64,000 nt of DNA. Source: Octopus vulgaris. Lineage: Eukaryota. Below, piece after piece: positions 1 through 13,040 of the stretch. A program made the translations under genes and the position numbers. How positions within the stretch are numbered: position 1 is the stretch's first letter; each line of letters begins with the position of its first letter. The notes beneath the pieces are model-generated. The model saw nothing but the letters and a program-made list of their open reading frames with translations, made no database searches and was not told the DNA's origin. The stretch covers positions 55,180,001-55,244,000 of the forward strand of contig OX597814.1 of the NCBI GenBank assembly GCA_951406725.2, written 5' to 3'.

Positions 1-409
1 AATCCAAAATTCGACGGTCTTATTGTCGCCTACTCTTATTCTCTCACGAGATTTGGCTCGTTTTCAGGTTGTAGCAAAATGCCAAGCAATTGGATCGAAG
101 ATTGCAAAGAAAACTGCCTAACAATTCAGACATGGCTACGAAAGAAATTATTGTCTATCTAAATTAAATGCTTCATTTCTCTGTCTAAATTAAATGTTTC
201 TTTCGGGTGATGCCAAATGTTTTGCCTTTTCGTTTTTTCTCTAATTGATATCCAACCGCTCAAGGAGAAATCACTTCTAACCACCTTCGATAGGCAGTTT
301 CAATACCACACCCTCAGTTTCAGTGCAAGCCGGTGTTTTAGTGGTAAACCAAACTGAGCACTCATAGTAATACCTATTACTTTACGTAAATTGATGAAAA
401 CTACTTGTA

Positions 410-410
<1 letters not shown>

Positions 411-478
<68 letters not shown>

Positions 479-810
479 TTTCTCTCTCTTTCTCTCTCTG
501 CATATATATATATATATATACGTGTGTATATATATGTATGTATGTATGGATGGATGGATGGATGGATGGATGGATGGATGGATGGCTATATGTATGTATG
601 CATGTGTATGTATAAATATGTCTGTGTGCGTGTGTGTGTGTGTGTGTAGTGTCGTATACATATATGAATGCATGTATATAGTCTTTTATTTATACATATA
701 TATATATATATCCGTTATATAGACAAATAGACAAACAGACAGACAGGTATCTTTGCATACACTCATATATACATACAGTACATGCATATGTGTGTGTTTG
801 CAAGCACACA

Positions 811-861
<51 letters not shown>

Positions 862-885
862 GCACACGCACACACAAACAAATAG
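411..885. repeat. Compound microsatellite (TC)n/(TA)n/(TGGA)n/(TG)n/(CA)n
   Basis: Directly visible; explains the low-complexity ORFs at 300-964. Confidence 0.95.
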
Positions 886-1052
886 AGACACACACATATA
901 CGTGTACATACGAATCCTGTACAGCTATATACTTAGCTTCTATAACATTTTGCTGTTTCTTTGAACATTGTTTTATTAACATCTTTTTCTGTTTATCTTT
1001 CTCCCTACTTTCACATCACAAGTTTCTTTCTCACCAGCAGACGTTCACTTCT

Positions 1053-1156
1053 GCTGCTACTACTACTACTAGTACCGTTATTACTACCACCACCATCACC
1101 ATCACCACCACTACTACTACTACTAGTACCGTTATTACTACCACCACCATCACCAT

Positions 1157-1229
<73 letters not shown>

Positions 1230-1415
1230 CTCTTTGCACATGTTAAAACGCTCGTTCTCCTCAAGCAGACGTGCACGATTCCATCATCCTAACCATCATC
1301 CCATCGTCATCATCACCATCCTCATCATCCTCATCATCCCCATCATCATCACCATCACCATCCTCATCCTCCTCACCACCACCACCACCATCGTCGTCGT
1401 CGTCGTCGTCATCGT
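1053..1415. repeat. Trinucleotide tract (ACT/ACC/AAT/CAT/CGT)n with an internal 54-bp duplication
   Basis: actactactactactagtaccgttattactaccaccaccatcaccatcaccacc occurs twice in tandem. Confidence 0.9.
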
Positions 1416-1944
1416 CTCTATCACTGCTCTAGTCTCATTCTTCTTTATCTTATTATTTTTTTCCTACTCTTCTTCCTTTTCTTGTCTTGTTTCTTAGTCT
1501 TGACTTTTAAGCTTCAACTTAAGTTTTCTTTTCTTGCTTGCTTCCTTCCTTCCTTTTCTTCTAGTGACTAATCACCATAGCCGAGTGAGTATCTCATGTG
1601 AAAACATCTGTTTAGTATTTAACAGTGAAGACTGTATTTCCGACAGCCCCCAAATGCAGGTGGTTGACTAACCAGATACCAAAACCTGGAGATAATTATT
1701 ACTGGACTTTCGACAATTGGGGAATGCGTACGAAGTGCTAACCTCATCAGTATAATCTTTTCCTCTTCATTATAACGCATCATCATTATCATCATCATCA
1801 ACATCCTTCCGGGTTCAATAAAAAGAAAATATTAGTCATGAACTATGCTTTATTTAACTGACTACCCGCCTCCTTACCTTGTGCCTATGTAAGAATCGTT
1901 TGCACACGGGACCTAATTCTTAGCTGTATTTCATCCTTAGTTTA

Positions 1945-2095
1945 TGAATTCAAATACTGCTGAAGTCGACTTTGCCTTTCATCCTTTTGGGACAGGGTCG
2001 ATAAAAGAAGTACCAGTCAAGTACTTGGGTCAATATAATAGGCTCCTCGCTCTCCTCAAAAAACCGCTGGCCCTGTGCCAAAAATTGAAACCATT
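1945..2095 (+). mobile_element. tRNA-derived SINE (family with gttcaaat...gactttgcctttcatcc core), partial
   Basis: Same core as the copies at 6210, 15700, 17290, 17760 and 36690. Confidence 0.8.
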
Positions 2096-5000
2096 ATGAC
2101 TATTATTATCTTCTTCTTTCAGTTTTGTTTCCATTTCTTACCGAGTTTCTTCCCAACACCTAGGGCAAAGAAACTCACTGTATACATTGGTAGGCCATTA
2201 AAATAAACACACCAGGTTGTTCGTTTACCAAGTCATGTGATAGAAAAAAGGGGAAGAAAGGCAGAAGAAAGAAGGAAAAAGAAAAAATATGAAAAGAAAA
2301 AGAAAGCAAAGAAAAATAAGTGGGAGAAGAAAATTCACAGTGACAATGCTCTTTTCAATACGTGTGACGTACCAGTTAGGACAATTTTTTGCACTTCCTG
2401 CATGGATAGAATTAGTATGCTCCTTCCAAATACGCATCCTTCAGTTGCTCTTCAATCTTCTCGAAGTTGATCCGCTAAATCAATTTCTTGATACAGATTC
2501 AGCGGACTTCCCTTGAATCCTGCAACTTCGTCACGAGCTTCATACTTTTATCCCAGCTTCCACGTCACCTTCGCCGAAAAGCGGTCTTAAAACGGCGTTA
2601 TTCTCGTACCCATTGTGAGTATCGATAGTAGAAAGGCAAAAAAGGAAAAAAGAAATATATCCCCATCACAGATAAACAAAGTGCCGAAATAGATTGACTA
2701 TGTCGATATCAATCGGATTTGTCTACTGTGAGAGACTAACACAACACATTTGGATTTTTTGTTGCTGCTTTATGGGAGGTCGCCTGCTTGTTTGTTTTCT
2801 GTTTGTTTGCTTGTTTGTTTTTTCTTTCTCCATTTCTAATACTAAAAGACTTGTTTCTAAAAACAAAACAAAATTCTTGCAGAACATATAAATTCCCAGC
2901 ACCACCGTTAATTGTCCCATTTCTAATCTGTTAATTAGCCAGCCTAGTCTGTGAATGCTTTTTATTCAAAATATGTATTTTCTCAGTCACCTTGATTATC
3001 CAGTAAGTACTAATAGGACCAGGGATGCCTTAGCAACATTGTGAGCCCTCGAATAAATCAATGCACCGAGTCCTGTAATATTTATGGACAGCAATCTATG
3101 GTATATATAAATCAGAATTAGGTCCCTGAACCCGTGGGGGCTCTGAGTAACAGCCCAGTGTATCTATGCCAGTGGCTTACCAATGGGAGTCTCCAAAGAT
3201 CTGTGAGCTAAGTTCAAAATTCCAAGAGACTGCAGTGTAAAATATGTAATTATAATTAGTTCAAAAATGACGTTACGCAATGTTACATACTTTTTTAATA
3301 TGACATTCCTCGTAAATTTCATGTAAATAAATATCGGTACGACTGCTTCATGAAAGCAGAAATAGAAATATAAAGTTACTTGTTTATAGCAATATAAAAT
3401 TACTTGTTTCATTGTCTGAAGATCAACATGAAACTGGAAAAATAATTTGTCTATTCAAAGCAACCATATGAAATCCTCATCAACAAATCGTTGTTTACTG
3501 AAGGTTATGTTTTGACTGCATAAGTAATACGAAGTTCAGTTCTATTTTATTAATCATTAACAGTAAATTCAAATCCACTTCTGCTGCATAGCGCCATTTA
3601 ATTTTCAATTAATTTGAATTTCGGAGTTGACTCCCTTGTTTTTCTTGAAAATTATAACTAAAGCAAACGTTTATTTTTATTCTTCACTAAAAATATAATA
3701 TCAATTATTGAAACGAAGTTGGAGTGGAGTGGTTAATTACATTAAATACTTTAACCTCTTCCTCCTACTCCCTACTAAATGTGGGCGCAGATGTGGTTTA
3801 GGTGGCTAATGAACTCGCTTCGCAACCATGTGGTCTCAGATTCGATCCACATCATAGCATCTAGCCTCGTATCGACCCAAACCTTGTGAGTGAAAATGAG
3901 AATCCGAGTGGACTATACTTGTAATACAATCGTCCAGCCTTGCACGTAATGTGATGCACAAATTCAGCTTAGGAACTGTATTAAGAGTGTGCGTGTGACT
4001 GGGGAATCGGCCACATACTCGCTAATTTAAGGAGTCGAATAACTTAATGCTTCTCAGGGAAACAGACAGTACTTCATGAGAAGGGAATCTCTGGCAAATT
4101 TCCTCCACTTTTATTTTAATTTGCTTAATTTGCGAATGTCTTTTACTCAAAATCCTTCTTCTTTCACTCACCTTGGGTCTAATAAGTACTTGAAGGCCCA
4201 ATTTTCCCAACTTGTGATTCACTGATTCCTAGAAATTCGTGAGTTAAATTCAAACTTCCAAGACGCTGCAGTGTAAAATGTATGCTTAATCACGATAAGG
4301 CTGATAAAAAAAAATTTGAGAGTCATTTCCAAATCTTCAGGAATAGTTTAATATATTTAGATCATATTTATAATGACTAACCGATATAAGTGTTTGTCAT
4401 TGAACCCGAAATTCAAACATAGTATCAACAAATCAGTATCAGCAATCTCATTAAACAACTTAGATTTGTATTATTTTTACACCACTATTTATTTAATTGC
4501 ATATTCCTTCAATAGAACGATGAAACTGGGAAAACGAGTTTGTTATTAATTACTTAAACCAGCTTCTTGATTAAACAGAACTTCCAACTGCCTGAGCTGC
4601 GCCGAAACATTTATTTAAATAAAAGAAATCCTTGATAATGAAAAGGTTGGAAATCATCGAGTTTGATTTAAATAAGACCGAAACGTGTCTGAAAATTTTA
4701 CCGTACTTGCCAGACATCAGACTCACTCTCTACTGTGTGTTTCCACTCCATTTTATGTCATTTTGGTTTTGGGAGTTATCACTCTTTCCTTTCTTGACAA
4801 AAATTATCATTAAATAAATAAGAGTAGACCATAAGCGATATGGCTGGATAATATCTATTGTCTCGGTTGGTCACGCTTGGGAATCCATCAGGAAAATGTA
4901 ATGGCGGTTGCTTCTGATAGGACTTTATTGAGATGACTGAGGACATTACCCCGAGGACCCTCACAGGAATTGTGGTTCGAAAATGTGGATGGACAAAATC

Positions 5001-5544
5001 CTTTTCTTTTCATTACGAGAGTAATGTTAATAAATTAATAAATTTGGGGATTTACTTCAATATGTTTGTTGCCAGTCCCCGTTTAATAATAACTGGAGGA
5101 GCCAACGAGAGCTTCTATACTTGCCAAAAGGTTAAAGTCAAACAACAGATTTGTCAACTATCTCTAGCGGGTCGAGAGACCACGTAAAAGCTCTCTTGTT
5201 CTGTCGTTGATGCTATCGTTGTTGCGACTGCTATAGAAATCAGTTATCACCATATGAAAGTTTGGTCTCTTTTAACAATACAATCTAGTTCAAGGAAGTT
5301 AGGAATTGAATTTTATGGCTGTTCTTATCTTTCCCCAGGGTCCTAGGGGTGTAAGTGAAGGAGAATAGCTTCCGTCAGAAATTGAAACTAAAGTAAAGTC
5401 TGTATACCAGGGAACTATTTACTTTTTGCTTTGCGGTCTGCATTTTATAACAAAGTTACTGGAAATATTGATTCCTTTTGTCAAAGTACAGATGCATTGC
5501 ATTGGTGACAAAAGTCTGAATTGAAGTGATGTGATTACTTTTTA

Positions 5545-6040
5545 CCCTTTTACTTGGTTCAATCATTGGACTGCAGCTACACCGGGGCATCACTTCGAAG
5601 GGTTTATTTGAAGAAATCTACTCCAGTATGTATTTTTTTAAGTGTGGTACTTATTCTATCAGTCTCTTTTTACCGAACGTAAGGGAACGTAAATAAACTA
5701 ATACCAGTTGTCCAGCGGTGATGGGGACGAACACACACACACTCACACACACACACGTATGCACACACAGACATACATGCATGCATACATACATACATGC
5801 ATACATACATACATACATACATACATACATACATACATACATACATACATACATACATACATACATACATACATACATACAATGGGCTTTCCTACAGCTT
5901 CCATCATCCAAATTCACTCACAAGGCATTGGTTGACTCAGAGCTATAGTAGAAAACGCTTGTCCAAGGTGCCGTGCAGTGTCATTGAAACCGAAACCATG
6001 TGATTGCAAAGCGAGCTTCTTAACCACTGATGTCCATGCC
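5545..6040 (-). mobile_element. tRNA-derived SINE (second family, cttgggcaagtgtcttctactatagc core) with internal microsatellite
   Basis: Reverse complement matches the copy at 22317-22645. Confidence 0.8.
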
Positions 6041-6209
6041 TTTCTACTAATATTATCAATATAACTGGAGTGAAATGCCATTAATTGATTAACAAAGCTA
6101 GGTCGCAGTCTCAGTCTATCGAGGATTTACTGTTTAGCTCTGTTATCTTCACAACAGCATATATTTTGATTAAGCACATTGATTCAATATTTTGATAATT
6201 ATAATTGGA

Positions 6210-6428
6210 GGATGGCGATGTGGCAGGGTCATTAGAGTGTCTGAAAAAACACTCTACAGTACTTGTACCGCTCTATACGTTCTGAGTTCAAATCCTGCTG
6301 AAATCAACTTTACCTCTTATCCCTTTCGGGATCGATAAAATAAAGTACCAGTCAAATAATGGAGGCTGTAGAACCGACTAATACTTTCCCTTCAAAATTG
6401 TAGTCCCTCAGTTTATTTCAGAAACTGT
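6210..6428 (+). mobile_element. tRNA-derived SINE
   Basis: A/B-box-like head (tggcagggtcattag...gagttcaaatcc) plus family core. Confidence 0.75.
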
Positions 6429-7190
6429 TGAATAGAATGGTTCTATAATTTGATAACACACAATGGTTCAGCGTTTTATACAACTACGATCGTCCTGTTG
6501 TTTGATTAGGTATAATGGTTCTACATTTTGATAAAGCACAATGGCCTTATATTTTGATTAGATACAGTGATTCTATATTCTAATTCATTCACAATGTCTT
6601 TATATTTTAATTAGATGTAATGCTCTTTTATTTTCAGAGAGACCGAGGAAGGTCAAAACCACGTGACCTGGTGGTCTCGCCGCGTGAGATGGCAGGGATT
6701 TATCTCCCCACTAGCGATATAACAAGAGGGCATTTTGCACCAAAAGCCAACATGAGAGTTTCTTTCATGGTATCTGCTGCAGTACAGTTTGTTGTAACAG
6801 AACATCCACGTTTAAGTAAGGATAAATATTACCTCTAGACAAAGAAGTGGCTTTGCCTTTCCCATTGAATTTTGTATAAGACACTGAAGTCCGACCATTT
6901 TTCTCAGATATTGCCAGTTCTAGGAATACCGACTCACCGTATTCCCACCTTGAGTCACCAGTACCGTTTTCCTGTTTCTCCAAACTTCTACGTTCTCGTG
7001 GTTTCAAATTTTGTCACAAGGGTCGTAATTTTAAGGAGTGGGGCTAAGTCGATTACATCGACCCCAGTACTTCACTGGTACTTATTTTATCGACTCTGAT
7101 ATGACGAAAGGCAAAGTCAACCACTGAAAAAAATTCCTATCTTCTGATGCTACATGTTACTAACTCTTGTACATTTGTCATGATCTAGTC

Positions 7191-7261
7191 CAGTGGTTCC
7201 CAGCCTTTTCACTTTGAATGAGTTTTCTCACTGCCCCCTTTTTAATATGCATATCCTTATG

Positions 7262-7316
<55 letters not shown>

Positions 7317-7374
7317 TTTTGAATTTAGTTCACGGACCACCAGGGGTCAGTGGACCACAGGTTGGGAACCACTG
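7191..7374. mobile_element. hAT-type MITE
   Basis: TIRs cagtggttcccagcc / ggttgggaaccactg with a perfect 8-bp TSD atctagtc (7183-7190, 7375-7382). Confidence 0.9.
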
Positions 7375-7414
7375 ATCTAGTCAGAGGAAGAAGGACAACT
7401 CAAGATCAGTAAAA

Positions 7415-7695
7415 GATCAATGAGGATGATAGATGAAATTGAAGTTCATGAAGATGACGTTCAGTTAGGATTGATGAAGTTGGTGAGGATGATGCTCAGT
7501 TGGGATTGATGAGACTAATGAAGTTGATGAGGAAGATGTTCAATTCAGATTTATGAGATTGATGTGACTGATGAAGTTGATAAGGATAACGACTAGCTCT
7601 CAAATTGGTAAGATAGATGAGACTGATGAAGTTGATAAGGATGGTGTGCAATTGAGATTAATGAGATTGATGAGAATGACGAAGTTGATGATGCC
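7415..7695. repeat. Degenerate minisatellite (gatgaagttgatgaggatgatgttcagttgggattgatgagact-like units)
   Basis: Four to five visibly related units. Confidence 0.6.
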
Positions 7696-8984
7696 CACCG
7701 GAAACATGTGGGTGGGCATGGAATCTCAGAAGGATGCAGTTCTAGGAAATAATGAACGTTTAGGGTTAGGTTTGGGGCGAGACGCAGTAAGAGTAATGAT
7801 AGAGCAGAGTGTCGAGGAGGAAATGTGCATGCACCAGATGGGCTTGGAGGAAAAGGTCATGTACTTGCTCATTAGAGGAGCAGTAAACTTCGAGTAATAG
7901 TAGAAACAACAGAAAGAAATAATACAAAAAAAGCTTACATCCTTCTTGTTGGAAATTCATCTAACACTATGCAAGAAACAGAAGCTTTACTTGGTTCCTC
8001 TTGGTTATTTTAAATTTTTATTTTCCCCAGAACCAGATGTAGAAAATAAATTTATAAATATTAGAATTAGAAAAATAACATTAAAAATAACATTTGTTAG
8101 AATTAGAAAAATATGATTAAGACAATTTAATTCCTTTTTTTCCTTTTTCTTTTTGACTTTTTTTAAAGATATATGATCATGTTAGAGGCAGACAAGAATG
8201 ATTAACCAAAATAGAAATACAGGATAATCTCTATTTGGTGAATAGATGCTTTCTTTTTTCTAATTTACAAATGCCAACTAAGTGGGTCCCGTAGGAAAAT
8301 AAAGCAAAATAAAACACAGAGTAAGAAAGTGCGCAAGTGTGAGAACTAAAAAAATTACACGCGGGTTTTGTTTGCATTTTTGTTTTGTTTTTTCTTTGGT
8401 TTTGTGGTTCTGCTTTTTTTCGTTGGTTTGGTTCTTTTTCTTGTTGGGGGTTTGAGTTTTTTTTTTAATTATTGCTATAGTGTTAAACTGTTATCTATAT
8501 GAAATAAACTGTACAGAGGAGAGACACGTCATATTTCTATGGTGGCTTGGAATGCGACTAAAACTCGTACGACTATACATGTGCACTCATACACCCACAC
8601 ATACACACACATAGACGCGCACGCTCATACACATCCGCCCATGGATACATACACACATAGGTACATACCAACACGAACAGACAGATGCATAAAAATGTGG
8701 AAATGTTTTAAATTCAAGATAAAGTCAGTATTACTGTAGACTGGCTGTGGTTTTTGGCCAGTAATTCAATCAGCTTTCCAAGCATACCTCTAAATTCCAT
8801 CCCAATCTCTACTTAAACAAAAATATTTCTCTATAAAGTGTATAACGTAAATGTATCTCTTTGCTTTCATTCTTTCAGGGTCGATGAAATAAGTACCAGT
8901 CACATATTGTAGTTGATGAATTCGACTAGCCCCTCCCCTAAAAATAAACATTTCAGAGCTTGTGCCAATGGTAGAAAGGGTTAT

Positions 8985-11145
8985 TATTATTACCTCCACC
9001 TTATCAAAGGTGGAGGTATTGTTTTCAATCGTATTTGTTTGTTTGTTTGTCTGTTGACAAGATATCTCAAGAACCACTGGATGGATTGGGATGGAACTTT
9101 CAGGAATGTTCATGCCAGTCAAAAATAATCCAGAATCTTTATCCGGACAAGGATTCTGGATTGTTTTTCCGGGTTTTTTTACTTAATTTTTGAGAGCGGT
9201 CGTGTTCATTTTTATTATTCTCGTTTGTTAGAGTAGTCGACTTTATTTCAGATATTCTCATTTTAAAAATCATCTCTTGCTAATCGTTGAGAGGACGTTG
9301 GTGTTGTCTTGTCGTTAATGTTGTATTTGAGTCGGTTGAGTTTGATGCGTGTACACTCCATGTGAGTACTGTTATTAAACTTTTATATTGCTGAATTGTT
9401 GGATTTATTGTTGCCTGAAATTGTTGGATTTTTGTTATCTGAATTTTTGTTTTTCTCCCCCATTTATAGGTGAAGTTGTAAATAATATTGTTATGGAAGT
9501 AAACTTGCACAAGCGGGCAGTTACGCTGCGGTGACTGGTAAATGTCTAACAGCAGATATACTGCAAGTTAGAGAAATTAAATTGGAAGAAACAGACTTCA
9601 AGAAAGGAGGGAAACAGCCTGACGTTGACGCCTCCTAAGGAAGTCGTAGAAAAAAACAGAGAGAAGAACCATAATATATAGAACGCTGAATATTGCAACG
9701 AAAAAAGTGGAAATAGCAGCAGTGGAGACAGTTGAGGAGTGTTTGAGAGAGGTTACAGATTCAACGACGTTCTACACCAGAGGAAAGAAGTACGGCACAG
9801 TGGAGGTGTGTTTCTGAATGAGGAAAAAGCGAGAAAGTACTCCACTGTGCCTTTGAGATCGGCTGAGTGGGCACTAATACCGACTTACTGTGGCAAACGT
9901 GCAGCCAGCGTAAGAATATGTAGAGTGCCCCCAGAAATTGATGAGGCGTGGCTGATGGCAGCCATCCTCTATGATACAGAGGAGGACACCCAAATATTGA
10001 AAATGATGAGAACTACGGAGGTGAACTACTGAGGGGTATGGACTGGAGTTATCGGTTCATATAAGCTTGCCAGACCTCCACAAGATTGCGGAAAAACTGG
10101 TACTGCCAGACGAGACGAGGTTAAGAATTGTTGTGGAAGGAAGACCGCCTGTATGCTTTCTATGTGGAGTAAGGGAACACATGTAAGCTAAGTGTCCCCA
10201 GAAACACGAAGAGGAGACAGAAAGAATATCAGGAAGAAGATGGTGCAACCGTAGAGGAAGAAAAAATGGAAGACCAGTACACAGTGGTAAAAAGGAAGAA
10301 AAGTAATACATACTCACCACTAAAAGTCCTAGGAAGAAAAGAAAGGCAAGTGGAGAGGAGACGCAGAGTGAAAAACAAGAGAATACGAACGAGAAGAGAA
10401 AAATGAAAGGTCAACAAAAGTAAGTGAGGAACGACCGCAGAGACCATCAAATAGCAAGGAGGAAAGAGCACGGAAGAGAAAGGAAAATAAAGAGAGATGG
10501 TAGCAACAGAGAATGAGAGACAGACAGAGATAGAAATGCCAGTAGCAGAGGAGGGGTTGGTGAGGAGAGAAGGAGAGTGACACCAAAAAATGGAAAAACC
10601 TGAGAATAATGGTGCAATACACAAAAAGTGTAGAGATAGAGAAAAAGATTGCGAAGATGAAGAACGTTATCAGAGTGAAATTAAGGGCCAAGGAGAATAA
10701 TGAAGGTTTGAAAGCTGCTTTGCTGAAAAAAGAAAGAGGGGATAGATTGAAGGAGTTGTTTGGTGAAAGAATAGAGATGACAAGGATACAGATTTGTTAC
10801 GACAAATTGCCGCCAGTGGTGGCCTTCGAAGATTTAATGGAATATATTTTATAAATAGTGACTTTGTGTGAATTTTAGAAAAAAAAAAGAAAACCAACAG
10901 ATGCAAGACAGATATTGAACTGTTAACAAATCTTCATTAAAAAAAGTAAAATGGAACTGCCTGCTTATGGGGGGGGGGGGGCATTCCATCCTCATTTTTC
11001 ATTATACCCAAAATTCATTCGATATGTGTTTTTATGTACCCCATTGTATTTTGTCTGTTTTTGTGTTGTCCCTTCTTTATAGAGGCCTTGTGCCTAATAA
11101 AAAATCAGGTCGTTGGTGTTGCCTTGGCAGAGGTTTGTGTCACAG
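8985..11145 (+). mobile_element. DINE-1/HINE-like non-autonomous element, split by an insertion at 9312-11110
   Basis: 5' hairpin tacctccacctt-atca-aaggtggaggta (8991-9018), then (GTTT/GTCT)n and a core ctcaagaaccactggatggatt...gaactt; subterminal IR-like ttggcagaggt resumes at 11124-11134. Confidence 0.7.
9312..11108 (+). mobile_element. ORF1-only (HAL1-like / Tx1-like) non-autonomous retroelement, copy A, decayed
   Basis: Frameshifted ORF ~9493-10854: GSYAAVTGK, RRM-like RGKKYGTVEVCF, VVEGRPPVCFLCGVREHM*AKC (CX2CX4HX4C knuckle), charged linker, C-terminal domain. No RT. AATAAA/A tail. TSD cgttggtgttg(t/c)cttg at 9296-9311 and 11111-11126. Confidence 0.8.
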
Positions 11146-11146
11146 G

Positions 11147-12900
11147 CAGTTTGAGTTGTTTTTTGTCATGTTAGACGTAAGTCAAATATTTGTTTGATTG
11201 ATTATTACTGTTCAAATTGTTGCTAGTGTTATTTTGAATTGTTTTTCCCATTGTAGAAAAATGGAGAAAACGCCAGCAGGTGGCCACAGTTATGCGGCTG
11301 CAACTGGAAGAGGGATAGACGTGGAAACGCTGGAGGCATGAGAAATAAAGGTTGAACCTCGAAATATGAAGGAATGCGAGAAGTAACTGGAAAGAGACGG
11401 AAATACACTGAACTGACAACCAACGTAATGAAAAAACGGTAATATATAAGACAATGAAGATTGAAGAATGTTTAAAAGTATAAAAAGTCTAACCACATTT
11501 ATAACAAGAGGAAAAAAGCATGCTACGGTGGAGGTGCGTTTTGCTTCAGAAGAGGAAGCAATTAAGCACTCTACGGAAGCAATAAGATCCGAAGAATGGG
11601 TACTTTTACCATCGTATTACGGCAAACGTGTGACCAGGGTGCGAGTTGATAAGTTACCCCAGAACTGAAAAAAGCATTGACTGATGACAGCCATAATGTA
11701 TGACATGAATGAGGAGGCCAAGATACTGAAGGTCACAAGAAGCCAAAGAGTTAACTACTGGGGATATGGAATAGAGTTAACCTTTCAATCAACAGTGGAA
11801 GACCTAAACAGAATTGTCGAATAGATAGTGCTGTCCGATGAAGTAAAATTGAGAGTGGTGGTGGAGGGCAGGCCGCCTATATATTATACATGTGGGGAAA
11901 AGGGCCACATGAAGGCGCGTGCCTCCAGAGGGAACAACAGATAGAGCAGAAGAAGAGGCAGGAGAGCATGGACCAGGTGGTACAGGTCGAAATAAAGGAG
12001 AAAGCAACGGAGGAGGGGTTCACGGTTTTAAAAAACGAGAGGGAACTGGGAGAGTGAGCTCTCAGCCAGAGCGGCAGAAAAAGAAGAAAGAAGAGCTGGA
12101 AAAGGAGGAGACCAGAAGGAAGTAAGACGAAATGGTGGTGAGAAAAATGAGCGAAAAGGAACCTGAAGAAGTGTTCAAGAAGGTATTGCATAATGAGGAG
12201 ACATTAGTGAGGACACCGGTTGTTCCAATTGAGGGGGAAAGTGTGGAAATGCAACTGGAGTGTCTGCTCAGGGAGGTGGAAGAAAGGAAGAAGGTACCAG
12301 GAGCGAAGTAGGAAAGGAGAAAACAAATAAGAAAAGGAAAATTTCGATGGAATTTTGTGACGTACGCAAAAAGTAAAGAAACTGAAAAGAAAGTATTAAA
12401 GTTTAAACATATTATAAGAGTTAAGTTGCCCACGGAAGTGTAATCAGAGAATGTGAAGGCCATCGTAGTTGACAAAGACGCCTACAACAGACTAAAAGAC
12501 ATGTGTGGAGAAGGGATTGACCCACAAGGTGTGATGGTGGAGTTCGATGAATTGCCACCAGTAGTGGAGCTAAAAGATGTTGAACCTTTCATGAGATATT
12601 AAAAAGTAAAAAAAAAGTAAGTAAAATTGTTTTATTGAAGAAAGAAGGAAAAAAGTAAAATTGTTTCATTTAAAAAAAAAAGAGGAAAAACGAGAAAAAA
12701 CAATAAGATGATAGAACGAATGTAAATAGTTTATATAAACGTTCAAATGGTATTGCATGGTAGTGGGGACCGTGCAGCCATTTCATTTTTCATTTTTATA
12801 TAACATCTCATTTTCATTCGTTTTATGTTTTTTGTCCCCAGTGTGGTGTTTTTGTAGTGTCCCCTCTATTTTGTAGCCGTAGTGCCAAAATAAAGAAACA
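11147..12900 (+). mobile_element. ORF1-only (HAL1-like / Tx1-like) non-autonomous retroelement, copy B, decayed
   Basis: Frameshifted ORF 11261-12602 colinear with copy A: HSYAAATGR, RGKKHATVEVRF, LPSYYGKR, VNYWGYG, VVEGRPPIYYTCGEKGHMKAR, ...FDELPPVV. Ends aataaagaaaca. No RT. Confidence 0.8.
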
Positions 12901-12905
12901 TTGGC

Positions 12906-12906
<1 letters not shown>

Positions 12907-12938
<32 letters not shown>

Positions 12939-12969
12939 GTTATTCTTCTTCTTCTTTTTCTTCTTCTTC

Positions 12970-13029
<60 letters not shown>

Positions 13030-13040
13030 TATCATTATTA
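12907..13040. repeat. (TTA)n/(TTC)n microsatellite
   Basis: Directly visible. Confidence 0.95.

Noticed and set aside
300-1497. Many low-complexity ORFs (poly-ER, HT, T, S, V), and similar ones at 5651-6003, 14613-14976, 15509-15715 and 21544-21889
   Set aside because: Translations of microsatellites that happen to lack stop codons.
4779-5187. Short unique ORFs (61 aa on -, 84 aa on +)
   Set aside because: No recognisable motif or convincing splice sites.
12901-12906. ttggcg after half-LINE B as its right TSD
   Set aside because: Only a 5-nt match to ttggca at 11124 before a microsatellite begins; too short to count as evidence.
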